DNA of 64,000 bases from Mobula hypostoma (lineage: Eukaryota). This document shows positions 26,201 through 38,899 of the stretch, piece by piece. Position numbers and translations under genes: made by a program. The number at the start of each line of letters is the position of its first letter. The first letter of the stretch is position 1. Under the pieces are notes generated by a model, which was not told the DNA's origin, made no database searches, and saw only the letters and a program-made list of their open reading frames with translations. Location: assembly GCF_963921235.1 (NCBI RefSeq), contig NC_086118.1, positions 29,204,001 through 29,268,000 on the forward strand. Direction: 5' to 3'.

Positions 26201-26670
26201 TTCAATATAAACTGGCAATTTGAACTGTTAGTCTGAGAAATAGTTAAAAGACTGGAGGAAATCTACACAAGTTCATAGAGAACATTATCCTGATGCTAAA
26301 TTTCATATTTTCATACTCTGTATGAGTTGCAGCATGTTATGGTAGCCATCCACAGTGGTTCAATAGGCGTCTAATTGTATTTGTAATTAAATGTCTTCAT
26401 ACTAATATCTTAAGTGATTTTCAATGCAAATGAAATGGTTCCTGTTCATAAAACAATTACTGTTGCTGAATACTTTTGTAGGAATGTACTTTAATCTTAA
26501 TAGTGTTGGTACAGCTAAAAAATAGGGGGGATTTATTATTAAACAGTAATTTGTTTTTTGCAGAGTTGGAAAAAGTTAGACAATTCTGTTTCACAATAAC
26601 ATGAAGCAATTAAAGTGTTTTTAACTTCTAAAATATACACATATACAATTCATAAACAAGAGGAACCAAA

Positions 26671-26770
26671 GCAACACACACAAAATGCTGGAGGATCTTA
26701 GCAGGCCAGGCAGCATCTATGGAAATGAATAAACAGTCGACGTTTCAGGCCAAGATTCTTATTCAGGACT
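26671..26770 (-). mobile_element. Penelope-like terminal-repeat fragment with a degenerate hammerhead
   Basis: Minus strand AGTCCTGAATAAGAATCTTGGCCTGAAACGTCGACTG...GATGCTGCCTGGCCTGCT...CCAGCATTTTGTGTGTGTTGC. Confidence 0.8.
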
Positions 26771-28948
26771 CAATTACAGGAGAAACTATTTTAGATGTAA
26801 AAATAATATAAAACACTTACATCTACAATTAAATGAAATATTTACATTTACATTGGCTACATCCTTTTAAAATAAATCCATCGTAAATTGTCACCACTGT
26901 ACAGCCAATAATCATACTTCAATCAAAAAATGAAGCAGATGTAATTATGTGAGTTCAAAAGAACTTTTAGAAGAATGTCCGCTATTTGGCATTGATTTAA
27001 CTGTACCTTACCGGTTACAAACTGCTTGAAAGACTTAAAGAAAAAGTTCCCCATTGAGATTTTACAATGAATACAATAATTCTCAGCAGGGGAATTCTTT
27101 TAGAAATAGTATCTTTCAAGCACTTTAAAACTAAACTCTTCTGAAAATCAATGGCGGCTACTATATTCGGCGATAGTATGCTGCATAGTATAGATGGAAT
27201 AGATAACTTTATTCCAAATCAAAGAAAAGATTGCTAGCCTGGAAGCCTATTACCATTTTTACTCATACATGTAATGCTCAAAAAGTACAATCGAAGTCTG
27301 GATTGATGGATGGGGAGGGGTGGGCACAGCACAACAGAGAAAAAAAAGATTGTAAAGAAATTAATCCTGGACTGTCTACGTAAATATTTTAGCAGCCAAT
27401 TAGATTCTTTAAGAAGGTCGTGTGATCACCTGCTTGGGAACCAGTCATGAGATGGACAGAGCTAAAATATTTTTTAAAAAAGGGATAGACAGTGCAATTA
27501 ATTTATTATTAAGAAATACAGAATTGGAAGATCCCAAATCCTTTTCATATGGCTAATTATTTGATCTCAGCCGGTGTAGAGCAATCAGGGTTTAACAACT
27601 TGCTCACATGGATTAGAGAAGGGTTTGCGTTCCAATCTTCACCTACAATCTCTGTTTGGTTTCACCACAGTGCTTTTACAATTAAATAGACTGTTAAGGG
27701 TGACTGCCAAGGTTCACATGAAGAGTGATCATAAGGACTGATAGAACTATACCATGACAACCATTCCGTGTCTTGCAGAGTAGAGAAGAAGTAAAAGCAG
27801 GAAATCACTAAAAAAAAAGTTATATTTTAAAAAGTCAATGAAATCATCTTAATTGTCTTAAAATTCAAGAAACCATTATTACTACTCAGGCTCCCTCATT
27901 ACTGACAAGTAGTTACAGATGTTTTACTGTGAATATTACAGTAGGTGTTTTGAATGAAACAAAGACAGCCCAATCATTAAGTTATTTAATCCTCCGAAAA
28001 TAAAGAAAAAACAATACAATGTATTTTTCACATACATGTTTGGTTTATCAGATATGATCAGAGAATAAAATGGTAACCGTATTTCCTCTGCTTGCAGCAC
28101 AGTAGAGTGCCTATTCAGCTATAATATATTTGATTTTGATTGGGTTATTTCACTAGGTCAAATTAGATAAGCTTTGTATCTATTAAGCAGATGAAGTCGA
28201 GCTGTATCAGATCATGTACAATTGACAATTACTAGGTCATTTGTATATGTTAAGGACAGGCTTGTTTGTGGTTGGTTTTATAGATGATTGGGCAGTCCGG
28301 TTGCCGCAGCAACAAGCCATGGCAGCAAAGTGGCCATGTGACCCTCAATCATTCCTGTGATTGGTTGGATGTGGAACCCTGAATGACATTTCACGCTGGT
28401 CTCGAAAGAGATAATGTTTCTGAAAGTTTCATTGTGTTATTTTTGCTTTATGCTCCCTTCCTTAGCTGTTTACTTGTGACATTATGGATCCTTTCCCCTC
28501 CCCTCCTCTACCTGCGTGTCTTAAGCCAGTGAACCAGTCTGAGAATCCAACCCACTGGAAGACATCGACGCGCAACCTAATTTTTAGAAAAGTTTGGCTC
28601 GCGTTGATACCACGTGATGCGACGGCTCTGCAGCGATAGGTCAGAACCGTCGCCGTGGCAACAGCGGGAGGCGGGCCGGTTGGGCGCGAGAGGGAGGGGT
28701 GATGTTTGGTTGTGATCACATGTCAGCCAGACAAGGTCAGGGGTCGTTTCCTCAGCCAGATTAGCCGGTTCTTGTCAGTTATAACAAAATGGCTGCTGGA
28801 GCACCGTTATCAACAATTTACTGACCGGGGGGGGAAGAGAAAGTGGCTCAACTTTTCCCACCCCCTCCCTCCTCCTCTGCGCAACCTCCGGCGCTGTTTT
28901 ATCTCCGCAGTTGGATATTTTCTCCCTCCTAATTTGCACTTTAAATTG

Positions 28949-28953
28949 ATGAG
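28949..28953 (+). CDS. TNRC6C: TNRC6C-like (GW182 family), coding part of exon 1: ATG AG
   Basis: ATGAG is followed by donor GTTTGT (28954). It joins in frame to the 48-nt exon 2 to give M-R-E. A 5-nt coding first exon matches the TNRC6A/TNRC6B organisation as I recall it. Confidence 0.72.
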
Positions 28954-29282
28954 GTTTGTAGTTGTGGTGGTGTGCTGGCTGCGCTCGTTGCTAGGGCTGT
29001 TCGTGCGGTGTTGTGCTGTCGAGGCAGGGGCTGCTGGTGGCTCTGGAACAGGCGGGTGGCGCTGCTGCCGCCGCCTCACCGCCACCCCCCCCCCCCGGTG
29101 TGTTTGTGTCCAATCCGTCTCTCCCCCTCCTCGTTGAGCGATCCCGGCTGTCAGCCGGTGGCCGCATTCTCACAGTTTTGCCATTTAACGGTTTGTCAGA
29201 TTTATGGCTCTGTGAAAAGGATTTTTTTTTGTCACCTTTTCTTATCCCGCTTCTCTTCTCTTCATCCTCCCGTTCCTTTTAG

Positions 29283-29330
29283 AGAACCCGAGTTTAAAGC
29301 TGCCAAAGAGCCTCAGGAAGAAATTCAAAG
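29283..29330 (+). CDS. TNRC6C: TNRC6C-like exon 2 (48 nt; R-EPEFKAAKEPQEEIQ-S)
   Basis: Long polypyrimidine tract plus AG (29281-29282) and donor GTAAGC (29331). The peptide resembles TNRC6A RELEAKATKDVERNLSR, with phase 2-2. Confidence 0.82.
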
Positions 29331-32242
29331 GTAAGCTGGGTGATCGCAGCTTGTCTTATTTTTAAAAAAAACGCCGAGTGGCATACGTTATTCCTTGCAG
29401 AGCGGATTTAAATGTCAGAGACGGGTTCACTTGAAGAATTTTAAGAATTGTCTGCGCCGTCGCAAGTAAATCGGTGTGAAGCTACCGCGGACAATTTCAG
29501 CCGGTTTGCAGATTAGATTAGAGATTAATACCGGGGATACCTCTTCCTTCATTAGCGGTTGATTTTTTGGGTACGTTCACTCTGTGGCGTTAGCGCTTAA
29601 AATGGAACGGTAAAATTCGGTTTTCGACCCAGGGTCAAACCGTGAAATGACAGGAACACCTTCATGAGATACCGCAGTTTGTTTGCAGGTTTACGAGCTG
29701 CAACAATGTGAAATTTAAACCGCAGGATCTTTTTGCGATGCTTGGTTTCAATAAGTGATTTCAGATTAGATAAACGTTATCTTTTGTGTTTTTTTCCGGG
29801 AAAATGACATTTCCTTAAGTGTCCATGGCTATGCGGTGATTCGGGAGTAACTACATGTCTGTTCTTTTGCCTGGTGCTGAGCTCGAGTGTTGTCTAGATT
29901 CTGTTGTTGAGCCAAAGCGCTGGCATTTTTGGATCGCTGCCCACGTTGTCTCGTTCTCTCTTCGTACTGTACTTTGTCATTTTTGATGGTTTCTGAGGTG
30001 GAATGTGCCTTTTGAGATTAGCTGCAGTGTCGTGCTTGTTTCAGTTTTGAATCTTTCTCCGATTATAATTAAACGATTTACTGTATTATTTAAATCATGC
30101 AAAAACACACAGGTCAGTGTGTGGGTATTCGTTCTGTATCAGAATGCTTTGTATCTCGCAATTTTTGTGAACATTTTAATGCGATTCTCTACAACAATTT
30201 ATTTGTTAAAGTGAATGTGGCGTCAACCATTTTTAGAAATGTCATTAGATAGTTCTCTATCATGTAGGAAATGTTCAGAAAATAAATACAATTCAGGCTC
30301 AAAATTTTGCATTGGTTGCTTTTTTACTGAGTAGATTTCAATTTTTTGTAGTTTGAATTCTATGTCAAGTATTGTGGGAGGTGTAATGTTTGTGTGAAAT
30401 CTGGCAAAACATCCAAATTGGTTAATATTTTGGAATTGATACTCTTTCCTGCAGTTTTTTGTAAATAAGAGATTAAAGAAAGTTGGTTATTTCCCATAAG
30501 ACATTTAGTTACCCCTTGATTTAAAAAAAACAGAAATTCAGCAAACAGAAATTGAAAGAAAATCGTGCGGTGGTTTTTCAAATCTAAAGTTGTTCCCACA
30601 ATTTGAAATTTCAGGCTGGAAGTTGTGTGAAATGCCACCCATTGATAGAAGAGGCATTCCCCTGGTGGTTCAGTATGCAGTTGAATTATATAGCCTAGGA
30701 ATGCTCCAAGCTGGGTATCTACTCTGCTTTTAGTTAACTGATTTTTATGGATTGATTTGCTTTAGTATGCCTCATTGAGCCCTAGAATTCCAGAAAGAAT
30801 ATTTGGTAAAGTTCCCAATTCTGATCACTATTCTTTAGTGCAGATTCAGCTATTAGGCTGAGTTGCATGACCTGAGTCACTCTCTAGATCAAGGCTTGCA
30901 TTGAAATAATGACCATCTAATTGGGTGCAATGTAAGAGAGTGCCTGATGGCCATGCAACAGCAATCCAATAAGGAGTCAACATCAAGGGATGATGAAAGG
31001 AGGAAAATAACATTAGTCTGACTTGGGCCATACTTGCTAACATCACATTAAAAATCAATCTGTGTGCTGGAAAATGTTCCAAAAATATGTCTTTCTGTTA
31101 TTATGAACATATTTGAGTTTATTAAATGTAAACCAGCCATTGATATATTCTTAAAAGTTCTTTGAAATCCTTTTGTTGGATAGAGGTGATTTGCCAAGTA
31201 CGGTCTTGATGGTCAGTTTTTCTTTAATTTTGGACTTAAATTGTGTATATTATGCTTGGTTTTGTATGACCTGCTTTATAAACATATTTATTGTTTGGAA
31301 CTTGGTATACTATTCAAAATATAAATGTCTGTACCTTACCTAGCAAAATGCAATTTGAACCAAATTAAGATATTAACCCTAAAATTCCTGATAGCCTGTT
31401 GATGCCTCACTCAAGGTAATGCCTTTGAACCAAATGAGGATATTAACTCTGAAATGCCTGGTAGTATTTTAAGTGTATTTACAGATGTCAGTCATTGGTA
31501 GAATTGTTTTAATTAAGCAACAATAAGTTGATTTGTGCTGCAATAGCAATTGGTTCAGGAAAAAAAACTTGGAAGGTCACTTAATAACTGAGATTTGAGA
31601 TTTTATCAAAATTTAGTGAAACTTATTATTAATGAATTATGAAGGGTCAATGAAGTCCTTGAGTATCAAAGTTTTGAAATTAATGTTCTAATGCTTGCTC
31701 TCTAATAATTCAACAGATATGTTACTTGCATTAAATTGAAAATATATAAAATGTTGTTGTGCCTTTGAGGACAGTGGGAGAAACAACATAAACAAGTAAT
31801 TTGGTCAAGTATTTAATAAAAATAATAGCCATGAATTGGAATTTTCATTGGTCTGAACCCTGAATGGTAAATGAATTGGATACTGGGTAGGGAGGAGAAC
31901 CAAATGCAGAGAAGTGGGTTGTGGTGGAGTTTGGTGTTAACGTTTTGAAGGCATGATCTCTAGCTTCAAGGATATTTCACTATTAAAGGTATTTCCATTT
32001 TTGGTGCATGGCATGGAGATGTGTTGGAATGGTGGGGTACTGGGGAGGTGATATATAATTAAAGAAATTTTGTGGTGGTTCTTGCATTGTAGTAAAGACT
32101 TTAGAATGAAATTATCAATTTGATATCAGTTATTTTCAGACTTTTAAACTAGGATACCCTGTAATTTGTAATCTTTGTTTTCTTAAAATGATTGTTTTCA
32201 TTAAAAGGAAATTAAAGTAGTCATAATCTGTTGCTATATTGG

Positions 32243-32650
32243 ATTAGATTCAACTTTTTTTGACATTGTGCCAAGTACGGATACAAAGCCAATGAAATGC
32301 AGTTAGCATCTAACCAGAAATGCAAAGAATAGTGTTATTTACAAAATAACTGTGAATAAAAAGTGAGTGCTACAGTACACAAATATAAAAGTATTGAGAC
32401 AGTACAATACGTTTGCAATACTGCTTAGCGCTGTGATGTGAGGTTCAGCAGGGTCACAACCTCAGGGAAGAAGCTCTTCCTGTTTGCCTGTTGGTGCGGG
32501 AGCAGAGGCTCCTGTAGCGCCTACTGGATGGGAGGAGAGTAAAAGTTCCATGGTTAGGGTGAGATGCATCCTTGATGATACTTTTTGCTTTGCCCAGGCG
32601 GCGTTTATGGTAGGTGTTCTCAATGGTGGGCAATTGGGTGCCGATATCCA
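32243..32650 (-). mobile_element. Rex1/Babar LINE 3' fragment
   Basis: Minus ORF IGTQLPTIE...AKSIIKDASHPNHGTFTLLPSSRRYRSL, with tail ...GTTGAATCTAATC. Confidence 0.85.
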
Positions 32651-33151
32651 CTCAATAACCCAATTTATAATACAATCAATAACCCAATTGCTAGAAGCAT
32701 ACAATACAGGATTCTTTAGAAATTGTGCTGGTCATTTGCTCCATAAATTTGAATGTTCTTGCAATGGATTAAGAATAAAAATTCTTAGATGGAAAATTGA
32801 CTGTGCCATGTTCAGACTTGCAAATTTCCAATCACCTCTTGTACAAGAACTGCTGCAGAGTTTGAGCCCTGAATCTCTGATGTAATACTGCAGGTATGTA
32901 GTATTATTACTAAGTGGTGATGCATTAAGGAAGGACTTGAGATACCTTGGACAGACCTAAGAGATTCAGTTGTTGTATTTTGAAGAACAGCAATATTTCT
33001 GTTTCAGAACTTGCTGTGTGTAAATTGGCCATTGAGCTTCCCACATTCCCACAGTTACTGCACTTCAGAGGTACTTGTTTAGCTGTAAAAGGCTTTGCGG
33101 TGCTCTGTGTTGGGAGACAATTCTGTAGGTGCAAAATTTGCTTTAAGATGC

Positions 33152-33376
33152 TAGAAACATGAGGCTCTGCAGACGCTGGAGTTCCAGAGCAACACACACA
33201 AAATGAGGAACTCAGCAGGTTAGGTAGCATCAGTGGAAATGAACAAACAGTTGATGATTTGGGTCAAGGCCCTTCTTCAGGACTGGAGAAGGGACTTGGC
33301 CTGAAATATTGACTGTTTATTCACTTTCATGGATGTTGCCTGACCTGCTGAGTTCTACCAGCATCTTGTGTGCTAC
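33152..33376. mobile_element. Foldback Penelope-derived mini-element (two inverted terminal-repeat ends) with 9-bp TSD
   Basis: A reverse copy (33152-~33283) abuts a forward copy (~33282-33376), each with a decayed hammerhead. TTAAGATGC is duplicated at 33143-33151 and 33377-33385. Confidence 0.8.
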
Positions 33377-36300
33377 TTAAGATGCCATAGCTGCTCAAAA
33401 TGTGTGATTTATTGCTATTGTATCTCGCACTTGGGAAATAGTTTAAGACCATTAACTTTGTTTTGACATAGGCCTAGATTCAAGATCAGCCAGAATCAAA
33501 CTGTTATAGCACACCAAGATTATTGCCAATTATTTTTAAGTACCTTGATAAGTTAATGATAAGTATTGGTATCCAAAAATTTAAATTTTTCAAAAATTAG
33601 AAAATTTGAATTCTGTTTGCTGAATTCTAATCTATTCATTTTTTTTGTGTGCTTTTAAAAATGTAGCAAACAATTCTACTGTGATGAAATCTTTACTGCA
33701 GGCATGGCATAACATCATTGCAAGATTGTGTATTTACCTTCTAGGTCTTTTAAATATCTTTTATTTATACTGAATACACAGTGGGATGCCAACTTTATTA
33801 TTCTCAGGAAGCCCTATGTGCAGTAACCTGTAGGTTAACAACTTTGTCACACATGTAATTAACTTGATGTTTTACTTTTCCATTTTCTCAGTACTTAACC
33901 ATTAATGCTGCTAAATCCATACATGGAATGCTTACAGATATAATTATTTTTCTGCTATAGATGGTCATTGAAATAGCAAAGTTCTACTTGGCCTAAGTCA
34001 AAATTGAGTCCTTTAGAGTTTTCTTATTACTTAAAGCAGTATTTTAACCTTGCACACTTAATAATATTTCAAATTTGTTACTTTGAATATTAACCTTGGC
34101 TGTTTACCAGCACATGGGCATATCTACACCTGTATACTAAGTAACAAACTGAAGAGATCTAAATGAAAAATGATTGTGGTAATTGTAGTTAATATACTGC
34201 CTTGTTATTAGCACTGTGTCTCAATTTGTAATCTAATTTAAGAGGATATAAAAATTATCATGGCTACCTATTTTTTTGTGTGGATGATGAGCAAAACGTT
34301 CTCTGGATGATGTAGCCAATATTCAGACCTTTATCAACAGCACAAAAAACATAAGATAAATGGGCCATTATTAAATCATTATTTGTAAAAGTTTTCTGGC
34401 GTATTTGGTGTATTTTAAGACATTGGGAGGTTGAGGGAAAGTACTTAAATTATGATATTTAATTATGATTGCAAAGTCCAGATTGTAAAAATAAGAGATC
34501 TAATTGCATTATTATTTTTATATTAATTTTAAGACTTTTCTCAATTGGGTTGCAAGGAAGTTTTGTTTGTCATAGATATACAGAATTACACTGCAATTTC
34601 AGGGTTCATTATTCTATTTCTCATTTTCAAAGCATTGTTTTTGTCTTTTTTTAAAAAATTCACCTTGATGTATTGGGTCTGAAATGGTTATAGTATTTGT
34701 ACTTCTGAGAAAAATATTCATTTTAAATGGTATTTTAAAACTACAAGTTGTAGCTGGGTTATGTTTCAAGTCCATATTTAATTCTAGCCAAGTACTTTCT
34801 ATTCTTTTAAAATTCAGAATTGAGTGAAGTTCCGCACTTGTGTAGTGCATGAAATGTACCCTTGCACAGCTTGTTTTACTGCTGCTTTTTGGATTTTATC
34901 TGTCCATAAAATATTACAATAATTGCTTTAGCATCTCTCATTTTCCACCCTAATGCTGTGAATTCTGTGATGCTTAAAAAAACTAATTTTTCCGATAAGA
35001 TATTGAAAATAACATCTGAGTAGTCAGCTTTCACTCTGAACTGGATTGTGTTGAAGTTTTGGGAATTTGACAGGAGCCAGCAAACTTCTGCATTTTAGTT
35101 GAGCTCAACTAATAAGTAAAAGTATGAGAATAATGTGCAAGTCATTATTGCATGTGGCAGTAGCATACCACCATAAGCTATACCAAACATAATAAGATAT
35201 ATTAGTTTTGCAGGTTACTTAGAGGTATTTCTAATGTTCATGTAGAGTGTTTATTTTCACTTTCTTTGTCATATTGACCTTTGAGTCCTTTGACGTTTCT
35301 ATGGTCTCCTAGCTTTATGGCAAAATATAGTAAAGGGATTGATAGGTGTGCATTAAACTAGAGCCCAGTCAGAGGGAAAATCAAAGTACAGTTGAAAAGA
35401 ATTTTGGGAGAGGAACAAAATAATTAAACATAGCCCAAATATTAGGATTGAATGAACTCTAAATACTCCAGGAGTGGGTGTATTGGAGCAATTTGAGCTA
35501 ATTTTGAGAAGGAAAACTTGAGTTAAGTATCAAGAGTTATGTTATTTTTAATCATTTATAAACTAAAATAGAAGCTGGCTATATGCTTTTTAACTTAAAA
35601 GCTATTTTTGTTGAGCAGATGGGCTGGTAAGGCAGTGTTACTGCCCATTTCTAACGGCTCTTGAGAGAAAATTACACTGGACTGCAGTTGTACTTTTGAT
35701 GTTCCCACAGCTGTGTTTTATAGGAAATGTTATTGATTTCTCTGGGCTTTGCATTCCTTAAATCTATATTGTGTCTAATTTGATAACAGAATTGAGATTA
35801 TGGCAATATTCAAGAGTAGAATGAATTCTTGCCAAAATGGAGTGGCAAATATGGTATATTTGATTACATCAGTTATACTACAAACCATCATCCTTGAATT
35901 GTCTTGATTTATTGGCAGACTCCAGACACAAGCATATAATGGTTAAGTATTTAAGTGGGACTTTCCATGGGTAATTTCTACATAAGTAAATATTTTTAGT
36001 GGACAACAAAAACACATATGCCTGTGTAACTCTTTACTTGCAAGGAGTTCTTTCACTTTTTTAAATCCCCAAAGTAGACAAGCTTTACAGATTTTGATGA
36101 AGAAGAAAATGGTGATTCTTGCAAAATCAAAAGTGTCAACATAAGAGGTGACTATTATGTCAACTTTACCTGGATATTCATTTGTTTATTTGCTCTTGTC
36201 TCATCTCACTTTCTTTTTCTTAAATGCTCATCCAAGTCAGTTGGTTGATGGTAGTTAGTTGTGATAAAACATTCTGTGCTCTCAAAAATCTTCTCATCTG

Positions 36301-38480
36301 TCACTTTTTGCTTTTATTTTCCTGATTCTGGATTTTGTTTTCCATTCTCAAAATGTATACAGTTCAGTATTTATCCCCTTAAACCTATTTTGAAAATTCA
36401 CATTTAGCAAGCCTTTCGATATAGCTCCATACAGTAATGAAACTTTGTAGTAGTTAATACCATTCCCCAGCAATCTTTCGCTCCCTAAAACTTTTATAGA
36501 GAATGTACTCTTTTCTTTCGAAGGTTCTAATCCTTTGTCTATAATGGAATATAGAGAGCTATTGCACTTTTTTTTCCCTGCATGAAATTAAGTGAGATAT
36601 ACACAATTGCAGTTTGGCTTAACTAGTCAATGCCATCCTAAAATTTCAAATCAGTTCATTTATTCATTTTTCTTGCTAGTGTTGCTGGCAAGAACAACAT
36701 TAATTGCCCTGAACTGACTATTTTCCTAATTCATTTTGAATGCCGTTTGATATATAGGCATACAAGAAAGTTTCACATCTCGTATGGACCAGTTAAGCTT
36801 GGGAAGACGGATTTTCTGTGCAGAATGATATTGGTGAATTGGTTGTGTTATTATCATTATAAATAATAGTTTTTAAAGTCTTTATTCTTCAATTTAATTT
36901 CTGCAGCTGCCACTGTATCTGATTTGTTGATCCATGCTTCAGGATTACTAGCTGAAATGTAACTGTTACTCTACATCCAGATCCAGTGTGTTGTGGCTTT
37001 GTTCTTTGGGTATGGCAATGACGTTCTATTTTGTAAGCTGTGTAAGATACTGCTGTTGAGTGTCCAATATGTAACTAGTTTCTTACAATCATGAGATATA
37101 CCATTGGGATCTGTCATATTAGTGCTTTCATAGGTGCTAATGAGTGTGCATCATATATTTTTGAAAATGAGCCTTGAGAGTACTTGGTAAAAATTTGCTA
37201 GGTATATTGTCTATGCATGGAGCAGCATTTATGATCAGTTATGCCTATTTAAACTCCATAAATTGATTTGTGTACAGTATAAAAGATTCAATCAGGAATT
37301 TTCTTGCTTGGGTTCAAATAATTTAATTGCTGAATATGTAATAGGGAGGCATGGGTTTATAAATCAGGATAAAATCATACTGGGACATAGCCTTGAGTCA
37401 TTCCATCCCTATTTTTGTTGCTTTATTCGAAATTAAAGAGTAAAATTTGTGCCTGCAAATACCTTGAATACCGAATACAAGAGTCTTTCAATGCAATGGT
37501 AATGAGATACAGTATTTTACCTGCTACTAAAAACTATGGGTCTGGCAGTGTTGCTCTGGAATATTCCATCCAGCTATGTTCTGTGATGTCATTTGCCCCT
37601 TGTAGAAATGTTTGAATGTTTGTATGGAAGGTTGTCTGTGTTTTCAAATTTTCTAAGTAAAATCAATGAAGTTGTGGTTTACATGGAATAGCCTCTGGCT
37701 CCTTTCTATAAACAGCATCCTTTAGGATGGTTCCTCAAGTGTCAGTATTGATGACTTGGCACTGTAGCTAATCCAGGAGTTTATTTGGTGCTGAGGCGGT
37801 CCCCTCATACCACTCTCCTCTTCTCCTTTTTCTCCCCCCCGCCCATTAGATTCTTGTAGCCCACGTGTCACATACTGTGGCTAGGTGAAAATGAGGCCAA
37901 AGGACTTGGAAAGGGGCAATGTTCTTTTACTGTGGTTTATTTTGAACAGTAGTGTCAAACATTGTATTGTAAAATGTGATCTGTTCCTAGTGGGATATAC
38001 TGAGGAAAAACTTGCTGCTACTGAAGGTTAGCAACTTATTGAAAGATGTCCTCCTATCTTACCCAACCTTATTTGCCTTCCAGTACAAGGAACTGCTTGT
38101 AACTCAGTTCATTTCATAATGTCACTGATTATATATTTATATCATTAATTGGTAATCAAGGTTAATTCAAAAGTGTTTATGCCCGACTTTAACTGGAGGT
38201 CATGCTTTTTAGCAACATGGCAAACACTGGGGTTGAGAGTGAAAATAAACTGGCCATGATCAATTGGCTGAGTAGACTTAGTAGGTCTGCTCTAATGTCT
38301 GATAGTCTTAACCACTGTTAGTGTTAATTTTCTTGAAGATGTAGTAAATATGAGTTAATTTACTGAACAACTTTGGTTAACTGTTTTAAGTGAACTGTTT
38401 GGGTCAAAACCAGAGAGTTGATCTCAGCAAAAGCCAATGTAAGGACATATTACTTGCTTGCTTATATCAACCAATTAACC

Positions 38481-38613
38481 GTCCTGAAGAAGGGTCTCGA
38501 CCCGAAACATCAACTACTTATTCATTTCCATAGATGTTGCTTGACTTACTGAGTTCCTCCAGCATTTTATTTTTGTTGCTTCATATTTCCAGCATCTACA
38601 GAATCTCTTGTTT
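38481..38613 (+). mobile_element. Penelope-like terminal-repeat fragment with a hammerhead core
   Basis: GTC-CTGAAGA-A-GGGT(CTCG)ACCC-GAAA-CATC, then the family 3' end. Core boxes at 38484-38490 and 38504-38507 are intact, but stems I and III are mutated. Confidence 0.82.
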
Positions 38614-38855
38614 ATAATAGTTGCTTATTGGCTGCTCTGTTTCCTTGCTTAGTGACTACGCTTAAAGGAAAAATTCTTAATTGGATGTGCGACTCTGGGA
38701 TGCTCTGCTTTCACAAAATGCTTCCAAGTGTTTTCGATGTATTGATCAGATTCTAAATCAAACCTGATGCACAGTGACAGTGTTATTCCTCTTGATGGCC
38801 AAAAATCTATAGCAGTTTTGATCCAGAGGAAAATTGTGATCCAGGTCTGCCTTAC

Positions 38856-38899
38856 GTAGTAGTAGTAGTAGTAGTCGTAGTCGTAGTAGTAGTGGTAGT
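38856..38899. repeat. Imperfect (GTA)n microsatellite
   Basis: GTAGTAGTAGTAGTAGTAGTCGTAGTCGTAGTAGTAGTGGTAGT. Confidence 0.9.

Larger units (their letters stand above)
28280..29700 (+). promoter_or_regulatory. TNRC6C: CpG-island promoter of the TNRC6C-like gene
   Basis: Sharp rise in CpG density (densest ~28560-29180) in an otherwise CpG-depleted window, surrounding exons 1-2. Motifs: reverse CCAAT (28287-28291, 28360-28364), RFX X-box-like GTTGCCGCAGCAAC (28300-28313) and GTCGCCGTGGCAAC (28649-28662), E-box CACGTG (28611-28616), GC-box-like GGGAGGCGGG (~28666-28675), Inr-like TCAGTT (28775-28780), YY1-like AAAATGGCTGC (28786-28796). Confidence 0.8.

Noticed and set aside
28462..29334. Cluster of 60-143 aa ORFs in the CpG island
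   Set aside because: Low-complexity products of GC-rich DNA. Only the 5-nt and 48-nt spliced segments are supported as coding.
38856..38899. Arg/Ser-rich reading (RSSSSSSRSRSSS) suggesting an RS-domain exon
   Set aside because: It is a (GTA)n microsatellite, with an in-frame TGA just upstream and no convincing acceptor.
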